Source: Henriciella sp.
GTDB lineage: Bacteria; Pseudomonadota; Alphaproteobacteria; Caulobacterales; Hyphomonadaceae
NCBI RefSeq assembly: GCF_012960415.1
Contig: NZ_DUBH01000043.1
Location: 513 to 64,512, forward strand
DNA length: 64,000 nt
Direction: 5' to 3'
Part shown: positions 19,229 to 27,072 of the stretch, piece by piece
Layout of the letters: each line of letters opens with the position of its first letter
Position numbering within the stretch: position 1 is the first letter of the stretch
The notes under the pieces: model-generated
The model's database searches: none
What the model saw: only the letters and a program-made list of their open reading frames with translations
What the model was told of the DNA's origin: nothing
Made by a program: the position numbers and the translations under genes

Positions 19229-20725
19229 TTATTGCATCGTCGGGATGATGAAAGCCTGGTCGCCAACATCGCCTTCCGGCCAGCGCTGGGTGACTGTCTT
19301 GATCTTGGTCCAGAATTTCACGCCTTCCGGGCCGTGCTGGTTGGTGTCGCCAAAGGCAGAGCGCTTCCAGCCACCGAACGTGTGATAGGAGACCGGCACC
19401 GGGATAGGCACATTGATGCCGACCATACCTACGTTGACCTGGGCCGCGAACTCACGCGCGGCGCGGCCATCGGAGGTGAAGATCGCAACGCCATTGCCGT
19501 ACTGGTGATTGCTTGGCAGGGCGGCGGCTTCTTCCAGTGTCTCGGCGCGCATGACCTGAAGGACCGGGCCGAAGATCTCTTCCTTGTAGGTCCGCATGTC
19601 CGGCTTGACGTGGTCGAACAGGCTTGGGCCGACAAAGAAGCCATTCTCATGGCCCTGAAGCGTGTGACCGCGGCCATCGAGTTTGAGCTCTGCGCCTTCT
19701 TCGACACCCATGCGGATATAGTCCTCGACCTTCGCCTTGTGGGCGGCAGAGACAACCGGGCCGTAATGGGCATCAGCATCGGTCGAGATACCAACTTTCA
19801 GGTTCTGCGCCGCTTCCAGCATGCGTTCGACGAACTCGTCGCCCGTCTTCTTGCCCACAGTGACAGCCACGGGCAGCGCCATACAGCGCTCGCCAGCCGA
19901 GCCATAGGCCGCGCCGACAATGTCTTTCACAGCCTGCTCCATATTGCAGTCAGGCATGATGATGCCGTGGTTCTTCGCCCCGCCCATGGCCTGCACGCGT
20001 TTGCCGTGCGCGGTACCGGTTGAATAGACATATTGGGCGATATCGGATGAGCCGACGAAGCTGACGGCCTTGATGTCGGGGTGTTTGAGGATGGCGTCGA
20101 CCGACATCTTGTCACCGTGGACGACATTGAGCACGCCTTCTGGCGCCCCGGCTTCGAGAAAGAGCTCGGCGAGGCGAACCGGGACGGACGGATCCTTCTC
20201 CGACGGTTTCAGCACGAATGTGTTGCCGCAGGCGATCGCGACCGCGAACATCCAGCAGGGGATCATTGCCGGGAAGTTGAACGGGGTGATACCGGCGCAG
20301 ACGCCGAGGGGCTGGCGCATTGAATAGACGTCGATGCCGGGGCCGGCGCCTTCTGTGTACTCACCCTTCTGAAGGTGCGGGATGCCACAGGCGAACTCGA
20401 CCACATCAATACCGCGCTGAACGTCGCCCTTGGAGTCGGCAACCACCTTGCCATGTTCCGACGACAGAAGCTCAGCCAGCTCGTCGATATTCTGCTCAAG
20501 CAGATCCTTGAACTTGAAGAGAATGCGCGCGCGGCGCTGCGGATTGGTGGCCATCCAGCCCGGCAGTGCGGCCTTGGCTGCTTCGACCGCCATGTCGACT
20601 TCAGCATCGAGCGCGAGGCCGACCTTTGCCTGAACTTCACCGGTGTTCGGATTGTAGATGTCACCGAAACGGCCAGAGGCGGTTTCAACGGATTTACCCG
20701 AAATGAAATGATGAACGCTGCGCAT
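19229..20725 (-). CDS. mmsA: Methylmalonate-semialdehyde dehydrogenase (CoA-acylating)
   Basis: ALDH-superfamily protein of ~498 aa (FNFPAMIPCWMF, GERCMAL catalytic Cys). GGGAGAAAG precedes ATG 20725. The ORF extends to 20740. Confidence 0.85.
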   Translation of the reverse strand: MRSVHHFISGKSVETASGRFGDIYNPNTGEVQAKVGLALDAEVDMAVEAAKAALPGWMATNPQRRARILFKFKDLLEQNIDELAELLSSEHGKVVADSKGDVQRGIDVVEFACGIPHLQKGEYTEGAGPGIDVYSMRQPLGVCAGITPFNFPAMIPCWMFAVAIACGNTFVLKPSEKDPSVPVRLAELFLEAGAPEGVLNVVHGDKMSVDAILKHPDIKAVSFVGSSDIAQYVYSTGTAHGKRVQAMGGAKNHGIIMPDCNMEQAVKDIVGAAYGSAGERCMALPVAVTVGKKTGDEFVERMLEAAQNLKVGISTDADAHYGPVVSAAHKAKVEDYIRMGVEEGAELKLDGRGHTLQGHENGFFVGPSLFDHVKPDMRTYKEEIFGPVLQVMRAETLEEAAALPSNHQYGNGVAIFTSDGRAAREFAAQVNVGMVGINVPIPVPVSYHTFGGWKRSAFGDTNQHGPEGVKFWTKIKTVTQRWPEGDVGDQAFIIPTMQ

Positions 20726-20786
20726 ACGGCTTTCTCCCATATCTATCTGGCGGCAGTTTATCTTTGGCGCACACGCAGTTAAACAC

Positions 20787-20817
20787 GCACATATGCAGGT
20801 TTAACCTGCATATGTGC
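20787..20817. promoter_or_regulatory. 31-bp perfect palindrome (15-bp arms), candidate LysR-type operator in the mmsA / lysR divergent intergenic region
   Basis: GCACATATGCAGGTT-T-AACCTGCATATGTGC was read directly and only the central base breaks the symmetry. It contains T-N11-A type cores. It lies 18 nt upstream of the regulator's GTG and 62 nt upstream of the mmsA ATG. Confidence 0.6.
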
Positions 20818-20834
20818 AGCCAAGGACAAGCCCC

Positions 20835-21731
20835 GTGAACTGGGACGACCTCAAACTCCTCCTCGAAATCAGCCGTCATGCGAAACTGTCTGACGCGGCC
20901 GCGCGCACAGGGCTCGACGCCACGACGGTCGGGCGGCGTCTGAGGCGGCTGGAAGCTGATCTCGGCCTGTCTTTGTTTGAGCGCACCCGGCGCGGCCACA
21001 TCCTGACGTCTGCGGGCGAAGCGATCGTCGCCAAGGCCGAGGCGATCGAGCAGTCTGCACTCGAAATCTCCGCGCAGGCCGACATAGGCGGGACGGAGGC
21101 GAGCGGCCGGGTCAGGCTAGGCGTCACTGAAGGCCTAGGAAATGCGCTGATCGCCCCTGCCCTAGCGAGCTTTCGCGACCGCTATCCATCTATCGCGCTC
21201 GACCTTATCGCCATGTCGGGCTTTGCAAGCGTGCCCAAGCGCGAGGCCGATATGGCCGTCATGCTGGCGCGGCCGACATCGGGCCGGTTGAAAGTGCGCA
21301 AGCTGTCAGACTATGCGCTGCACCTGTTTGCCAGCCGGGACTATCTCTCGCGCTGGGGCGCGCCGCAATCGCCCGCCGATCTCTCCCAGCACACGCTGAT
21401 CGGTTATGTGGACGATCTCATCTACTCACCGCAGCTTCGTTATCACGCTGAAATCGCACCGGATCTGACGCTGCAATTCTGCAGCCCGTCCATCATCGCG
21501 CAATTGCAGATGGCGCGGGCGGGGCTTGGCATCGCAGTCCTGCCAAACTTCATGGCGGCGCGCGATGAGGCGCTTCAGCCCGTCCTGAAGGAGGATGTCC
21601 GCGTCGAGCGGAGCTTCTGGCTGACGACCCATGAGGATCTCGCGCCCCTCGCCCGAATCCGCGCGCTGAGCGTCTTTCTTGCTGAGCTCTTCGACACGCA
21701 CCGGGACATTGTGCTGCCAGAAGGCGGCTGA
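20835..21731 (+). CDS. LysR-family transcriptional regulator, divergent from the valine-catabolism operon
   Basis: N-terminal wHTH VNWDDLKLLLEISRHAKLSDAAARTGLDATTVGRRLRRLEADLG. GTG 20835 gives the usual LysR N-terminus. The ORF is open from 20814. Confidence 0.85.
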   Translation: MNWDDLKLLLEISRHAKLSDAAARTGLDATTVGRRLRRLEADLGLSLFERTRRGHILTSAGEAIVAKAEAIEQSALEISAQADIGGTEASGRVRLGVTEGLGNALIAPALASFRDRYPSIALDLIAMSGFASVPKREADMAVMLARPTSGRLKVRKLSDYALHLFASRDYLSRWGAPQSPADLSQHTLIGYVDDLIYSPQLRYHAEIAPDLTLQFCSPSIIAQLQMARAGLGIAVLPNFMAARDEALQPVLKEDVRVERSFWLTTHEDLAPLARIRALSVFLAELFDTHRDIVLPEGG

Positions 21732-21736
21732 CGCCC

Positions 21737-22930
21737 CTAAAGCATCGCTGTGTCGGCAGGCTGGCCGAGATAAAGCCGCCCCGTTGTCTCCCAGGTCGAC
21801 GCGCCAACCATGATGTGCTGGGTCGCGACATGGATGTCGCGAAAGCGCCGCTGAATGGGCGACTGGCTATAGACGGCACTGCCACCCGCAAGTTCGTAGA
21901 TCCGATCGACGGCGCGCTTGGCAGACTGGACGGCGCTTGTTGTCGCGAGGCGCAGATCGCGGCGAAGCTCGAGCGGCACGGGCCCTTCCTGCGCAGCCTG
22001 CCAAGCCGCTTCGATGGCCTCAAAGAAGAATGCGCGGCCTTGGCGGATGTCAGCCTCGCTCAGCGCGACGTCGCGGTGTGTGAGTGCTTTTTCAGATAGT
22101 GTCTTGCTGCTACCCGACGGCTTCTTGGCGCCCGCAAGATCGTAGAAGTCGTCCATCGCGCCCCGCGCCGCGCCGAGCGCAACAGCAGCAATCCCGATCG
22201 CGAGCAGGCCGAATGCGGGAAAGCGGAAGGCCGCTTCATCCTGGCGCGTGCGGCCAAAGCCGGTAGTCACCCGGTCAGCCGGGACGAAGACGTCTTTAAC
22301 TTCGAAGTCGGTTGAGCCCGTGCCTTTGAGGCCGGTGACATGCCAGGTGTCCACGAAACTGATCTGGTCTGCCGCAAAGATTGGCGCAATTTGTATGGGG
22401 CCGCCCTTGGATGACATGATCAACTGGCCAGCCTCATCGGCGAGGAAGCAGCCGCCGCTGACCCAGTCGGCGTTCTGGCTGCCAGACCCCCAAGCCCAGC
22501 GCCCTGTGACGCGATAGCCTTTCTGGCCATCCTGCTCTGTTTCTACGGCGCGGCCCATCGGGGCGAACACGCCCGCCGTCTTCACGCCGGGCCGGCAAAG
22601 CAGCTCCCGCACTGAAGAACTGTCAGCGAAGGCCATGCCGAAGGCGGCGGTCGAAGCAATAAAGGCGCACCATGCGGGCGCCGCGTCGCCGCGCGCCAGT
22701 GTTTCAATCAGTTCGGCATATTCAATTGGGGTCGTGCCGGAGCCGCCATCACTCTCTGAATGGCAAAGCCCATAGAGACCATCGCGCGCGAGGCCATCAG
22801 CGATATCCTGCGGCAGTTTCCTGCACGCTTCGGCTTCTTCTGCGCGCGCGGCAAGCCTGGGACGCCAAACCTCAGCCCGCTCATACAGCGTCGCTTTCAT
22901 ATCAAGCGAGTTGATTGTATCTGCCGGCAT
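21737..22930 (-). CDS. Acyl-CoA dehydrogenase-fold flavoenzyme (ACAD / DszC-like family, substrate unknown)
   Basis: About 397 aa with ACAD-like middle and C-terminal domains (WAWGSG, YELAGGSAVY, FRDIHVATQH). GGGAGG lies 7 nt upstream of ATG 22930. Confidence 0.6.
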   Translation of the reverse strand: MPADTINSLDMKATLYERAEVWRPRLAARAEEAEACRKLPQDIADGLARDGLYGLCHSESDGGSGTTPIEYAELIETLARGDAAPAWCAFIASTAAFGMAFADSSSVRELLCRPGVKTAGVFAPMGRAVETEQDGQKGYRVTGRWAWGSGSQNADWVSGGCFLADEAGQLIMSSKGGPIQIAPIFAADQISFVDTWHVTGLKGTGSTDFEVKDVFVPADRVTTGFGRTRQDEAAFRFPAFGLLAIGIAAVALGAARGAMDDFYDLAGAKKPSGSSKTLSEKALTHRDVALSEADIRQGRAFFFEAIEAAWQAAQEGPVPLELRRDLRLATTSAVQSAKRAVDRIYELAGGSAVYSQSPIQRRFRDIHVATQHIMVGASTWETTGRLYLGQPADTAML

Positions 22931-23014
22931 GGCGCGCCTCCCATTCGTCCTGCAGTGTGAAAGCCTGCTTTCCTGGAATGGTAGCACAGGAGCGGCGGCG
23001 CTGTCGCCAATCGC

Positions 23015-24256
23015 TCAAGTTTCGCCAGCTGTTTCTTCGCTCTGATGGTGCGTTCTGAGATAGAGAGCGCCGATGATTGCGGCCGCAAATCCTGCAACTG
23101 CCCCTGCTCCAAGCCCCCAGCGGGGGCCAAGCACATCGGCAATCCAACCAATAATTGGCGCGCCTAGAGGCGCACCGCCCAAGGCGACAGCGATACGCAG
23201 CGCCATGACACGGCCACGCATTTCCGACGCGGTGGTCAGCTGCATCATGCTGTTCGTGGTGGTCATGAAGGTCAGCGCCGCCATGCCTGTGACGACGAGT
23301 GCAGCCGCAAACGTCCAGTAGCCAGGCGCGAGCGCCGCGCCGAGACAACCAACGCCGAAGAATGCCGCCCCCGTCACCATTAGCCCCATCGTATGGGTAC
23401 GGCGCCGCGCAGCCAGGAACGCACCGGCAACCGTACCAACTGCGATGAAGGATGAGAGGACGCCAAAGCCCTGCGCATCAGTCTGGAAGACCTTGGCCGC
23501 CATCGTCGCAACGAAAATTGAAAACTTGAAGCCGAAAGTCCCGATCAGGAAAAGCATGATGAGGGTGATACGTAGGTCCGGCCTGCGCCACACATAAATG
23601 AAGCCCGCGGTGAAGTTACCACGCTGACGCTCGGCTCGCTTCGCCTTGTGCAATTCGCGCACTCTCAGAAAGAAGAGCGATAGAAGGACAGCGAAATAGG
23701 AAGCGCCATTGATCAGGAAGGCCCAGCCTGTGCCAAAGGCGGCGATCAGGAAGCCAGCGACTGCCGGACCGGCCAGACGGGCGCTATTGAAGGACGCTGA
23801 GTTGAGCGCGACCGCGTTCGGTAGATCGGTGTCGCCGACAAGATCGCTGACGAACGTCTGCCTGACGGGCGCGTCGATGGCGGCTGCGCAGCCAAACAGA
23901 AACGAAAAAACATAGACATGCCAGAGCTCTACAAGCCCGGTCACGGTCAGCAGGCCGAGCAATAACGCAAGAATGCCCATGGAGACTTGTGTGAAGACCA
24001 GCAGTTTCCGGCGGTCGAAATAGTCTGCGGCAAAGCCGCTCCATGGCAGCAGGAGTAGCTGAGGCGCGAACTGGCAGGCGACGACAAAGCCGAGCGCAGT
24101 GGCATTGTGATCGGTCAGCTGGGTCAGGACGAGCCAGTCCTGCGCCGTGCGCTGGATCCAGGTGCCAAAGTTCGAAACCACAGAGCCGCTGGCCCAGACG
24201 CGGTAATTGAAGCTCCGAAAGGAGCGAAGCGCACCGTCTGCCGAGATCTGTATCAT
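23015..24256 (-). CDS. MFS transporter (EntS/MFS_3-like)
   Basis: 413 aa, about 12 predicted hydrophobic segments, with an MFS-like loop (GFAADYFDRRKLL). Confidence 0.75.
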   Translation of the reverse strand: MIQISADGALRSFRSFNYRVWASGSVVSNFGTWIQRTAQDWLVLTQLTDHNATALGFVVACQFAPQLLLLPWSGFAADYFDRRKLLVFTQVSMGILALLLGLLTVTGLVELWHVYVFSFLFGCAAAIDAPVRQTFVSDLVGDTDLPNAVALNSASFNSARLAGPAVAGFLIAAFGTGWAFLINGASYFAVLLSLFFLRVRELHKAKRAERQRGNFTAGFIYVWRRPDLRITLIMLFLIGTFGFKFSIFVATMAAKVFQTDAQGFGVLSSFIAVGTVAGAFLAARRRTHTMGLMVTGAAFFGVGCLGAALAPGYWTFAAALVVTGMAALTFMTTTNSMMQLTTASEMRGRVMALRIAVALGGAPLGAPIIGWIADVLGPRWGLGAGAVAGFAAAIIGALYLRTHHQSEETAGET

Positions 24257-24352
24257 GAGGAGTGCGCCGCCATACCCCGTGACTTAGACCAATCAAGAGA
24301 GTCGGAAAACGGCCAGGAGCTATCACGCTGAGACCAAAGCCCGCGCACAAAC

Positions 24353-24383
24353 AAAAAAAGCCCCCAATCCGAAGATCAGGGGC
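24353..24383 (-). terminator. Rho-independent terminator downstream of abiEii, preceded by a second hairpin at 24390-24409
   Basis: On the minus strand: GCCCC - 14-nt loop - GGGGC followed by TTTTTTTG. Upstream of it is a second hairpin, GGGTGCG-N6-CGCACCC. Confidence 0.7.
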
Positions 24384-24478
24384 TTATTTGGGTGCGGGAG
24401 GGCGCACCCAACAAAAGAGTAAGCTAGTAATTCCTTTTATTTCAGAGGGTTAGAGGTTTCCCTGCGAGCAACGATCAT

Positions 24479-25420
24479 TCAAAGTTCCGGCAGGCGCCGG
24501 CTGATGCGTGCCAGAATATCGTCAAAGAGTGCAGGCTCCCTGTAGTAAAGCGCTCGTGACTTCGCATAAGCGTCCGCGTACGCCTTTCGCGTTTCTGCGT
24601 CGCTCAACAGAAAGGCTTCGTTCCTGGTGAGGTCCGGTTCATCTGCCTTGCGGAACCTTTTGGCCTTGTGGTCCTTGTACGCGTCTGTTCCGATGAACTC
24701 TTTCACTGAGGCGTCAGCGAGCAGGCAGTACACGTCATAATAGTGGCGCATGAAATTGACAGGCATGTCGCCGTCCGCCTGCTGCTTTCGGAATTTCGTT
24801 GAGATGGTCTGGAGCTTTTCGACAAAAGTATAGCCCGGCTCATAGCAAGGCACATCGACCGCGCGGGTGTCGGTCAGGTCTGCAATCCCACTCTCGACTG
24901 CAAGTTCGTAAGCCCAGGACGAAATCGTACATGGCCGGTTCGGCGCCACCTGGTCGAACCCGACTTCGAGCAGGATGCCTGCCTTCAGCCCTTCTGGCAG
25001 TGGATTCACCGACTCATACTTCAATCGAATGCCTGCGCCGCGATAGTGGCGTGTGTCGTCGAACTCTTCGTCGCGGACCACTTCGATAATGCCAGGAATT
25101 TTGATGGCTTCGGCCAGACCGTTGAAGAATTCGAGACGCGCCTTTACCTGCGCAGGCTTGTTGTGGTTTGGGCCATACTGGAGGTCGGTCTCTGGGTGGA
25201 TCAGGATGTCGATGTCTTCCGAAAAACGGTCGATGAGGCCGTATCCCTTTGACAGCGAAGTTCCGCCTTTCAGCTCAAACTTATAGTCAAGCTGCTGCAG
25301 TCCCCAGAGGCAGTGCATCAACCAGTAGTCTTTTTCGATGAGGCCCGGATCGATAGTGTTGTTTCGCGCAGCAACAGCGATGAGGTCGGCAAAATCAGGC
25401 AGTGCGTGCAGGAGGGTCAC
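24479..25420 (-). CDS. AbiEii/AbiGii-family nucleotidyltransferase toxin (type IV TA)
   Basis: IEKDYWLMHCL...FELKGGTSLSKGYGLIDRFSEDIDILI is the DUF1814/AbiEii signature. It overlaps the upstream antitoxin gene by 4 nt. Confidence 0.85.
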   Translation of the reverse strand: MTLLHALPDFADLIAVAARNNTIDPGLIEKDYWLMHCLWGLQQLDYKFELKGGTSLSKGYGLIDRFSEDIDILIHPETDLQYGPNHNKPAQVKARLEFFNGLAEAIKIPGIIEVVRDEEFDDTRHYRGAGIRLKYESVNPLPEGLKAGILLEVGFDQVAPNRPCTISSWAYELAVESGIADLTDTRAVDVPCYEPGYTFVEKLQTISTKFRKQQADGDMPVNFMRHYYDVYCLLADASVKEFIGTDAYKDHKAKRFRKADEPDLTRNEAFLLSDAETRKAYADAYAKSRALYYREPALFDDILARISRRLPEL

Positions 25421-26010
25421 GCGGCGGTTGCCTGATCAGGGTTCAATACAGGCTTGAGGAGCCTTGCAGCCCGCGCCGATCCGAAATCCTTCACCGCACG
25501 TGACAGTCGCGCGCGGTCCATACGTCGCGCACGCCTAAGTGCCTTGGGAAGCACTGCTGCCTTTTCCTCGGGAAGCCGATCGAGGTTGTGCAACAGATCC
25601 ACCAGGAGGAATTCTTCGCTGAGGTTTGAAGGAACAGAGGTCCGCATGCGGAAGTCATAGCGTCGGCCATCCAGCTCGAAATGGCCGTGCCGTTTGCGAT
25701 TATAAACTACCGGCTCATTGTAGAGCTGCGTCGTTCCCAATTCGAGGCTGTTATAGGCGTTTGGCGAAACCATAAGAAACCGGTCATCCCCCAGGAATGA
25801 CTCAACCAGCTTCTCCGGCTTGGCGGGTGCCTGCCCGAACCGAGTTTTCTTCGGAGCCATATAGAGCCCTGCCCCAACCTTTTCGAGGCGTCCTTCGTCA
25901 AGCAGCTGTCCAACATGTCGATCGACAGCGTTTGACCAGGTCGCAAGCTCCTTGCGCCGGTACACCTGTCCGGGGCGCAATTTCCTTTTTAGTTTTGCAA
26001 GCGCGGTCAT
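25417..26010 (-). CDS. AbiEi-like antitoxin / transcriptional regulator (wHTH, DUF6088-like)
   Basis: 197 aa with an N-terminal wHTH-like GQVYRRKELATWSNAVDRHVGQLLDEGRLEKVGAGLY. It sits immediately upstream of AbiEii and is translationally coupled to it. Confidence 0.65.
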   Translation of the reverse strand: MTALAKLKRKLRPGQVYRRKELATWSNAVDRHVGQLLDEGRLEKVGAGLYMAPKKTRFGQAPAKPEKLVESFLGDDRFLMVSPNAYNSLELGTTQLYNEPVVYNRKRHGHFELDGRRYDFRMRTSVPSNLSEEFLLVDLLHNLDRLPEEKAAVLPKALRRARRMDRARLSRAVKDFGSARAARLLKPVLNPDQATAA

Positions 26011-26599
26011 GTTCTGTCTCCATCACCCACAATATAGGGGTCATGCTCCATATTATGCAACATTTCTTATTAAAAAGTCATGCACAACAAAGACAATAAA
26101 TACTCTCGACACAGGCGCAACATATTGATTTTACGATGTTTTATAGAATGAGGAAGCAGGTCTCTTAATCACTGGAATGGCACAATCCGTACTAAACAAA
26201 AGGGTCTGGGGTCCAATTTATTTATGAATTGAAGCTCGTACGCAGCGAAACCAGGTTGCCCTTTCGCCAAGAGCCGACAATGGATTCCGAACCGCGAGTG
26301 ACGCGCCCAGTAATCGTGCTTGAAATTAAATTAATTCAACGCACTATGGCACTCAAAACTTCGCTTGTTGTGCAGATTGTTTGCAATTTGTAGCGCAAAC
26401 TGTGGTGCAGCCCTTTCGTGTTGTCAAAGTTCGACGCTGCCTATCAACGACATTCACATCGCTAACATGATTTGCTGGCCGTTCAAATTCGCGCTGGAGC
26501 GTAGCCATGCAACTTTTCGCTCGGGACTGACCCGCGGGTCTGGGTTGATCCTGCTCCGTTACGACAAACCTTGAGTGCTCAGAGGTTCTTTCTTGATTT

Positions 26600-26616
26600 A
26601 AACCCCTATGGGGTAT
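26600..26616. promoter_or_regulatory. CsoR-type-like palindromic operator, copy 1 (AAACCC-CTATG-GGGTAT)
   Basis: One of three copies of xTACCC-N5-GGGTAT. It lies 12 nt upstream of ATG 26628 and is flanked by TTGATT (26593-26598) and TATAAG (26614-26619). Confidence 0.55.
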
Positions 26617-26627
26617 AAGTGGTAGTC

Positions 26628-27014
26628 ATGAACTTTGTTGTCGCAACTCTCGTGACGGTATTTTTCAGCCTGTCGCAGGTGCTCTGCGCGTGTCCCGTCG
26701 ATATGTCGGCGACGAATAGCATGGCAACCGAGTTCACCGCTCATTCTCACCAGGCGCCCGCCGATGGGCCTGAGGCGCCCTGCGATGATGAGACTGATCA
26801 CTGCAAGCTTCAGACAGCAACGGTCGCCCAAGCCGACAAGACGGCGAACCCGGTCCAGCACGTATTAGGCGATACGACGCCCATCGGGCTTGCTACACCC
26901 TCATGGCAACACGCATGGAAGCGCGTCGTCAATGTCCGCACGCCCTGGCCTGAGGTCCGAAGTTACCTGCTGCAACAAACGCCAGTCACATTGAAGGTGC
27001 GTTCCCTGAGCTGA
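26628..27014 (+). CDS. Small Cys/His-containing protein with an N-terminal hydrophobic segment, first gene of the copAB cluster
   Basis: 128 aa: MNFVVATLVTVFFSLSQVLCACP...HSHQ...CDDETDHC. I recognised no family. Its position is analogous to the small regulatory or metal-binding ORFs upstream of copA in other cop loci. The alternative start is GTG 26619. Confidence 0.4.
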   Translation: MNFVVATLVTVFFSLSQVLCACPVDMSATNSMATEFTAHSHQAPADGPEAPCDDETDHCKLQTATVAQADKTANPVQHVLGDTTPIGLATPSWQHAWKRVVNVRTPWPEVRSYLLQQTPVTLKVRSLS

Positions 27015-27072
27015 TTTCGTGCGTCGCTGCATTAGCAGCCCGATTGCATAAATTCACCTCATGGAGACGATT

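Noticed and set aside
26270-26310. The tRNA-like T-loop string GGTTCGGAATCC on the minus strand might have marked a tRNA or an att-site remnant at the island border.
   Set aside because: The flanking bases do not form a T-stem, an acceptor stem or an anticodon arm. The match is only a short partial resemblance.
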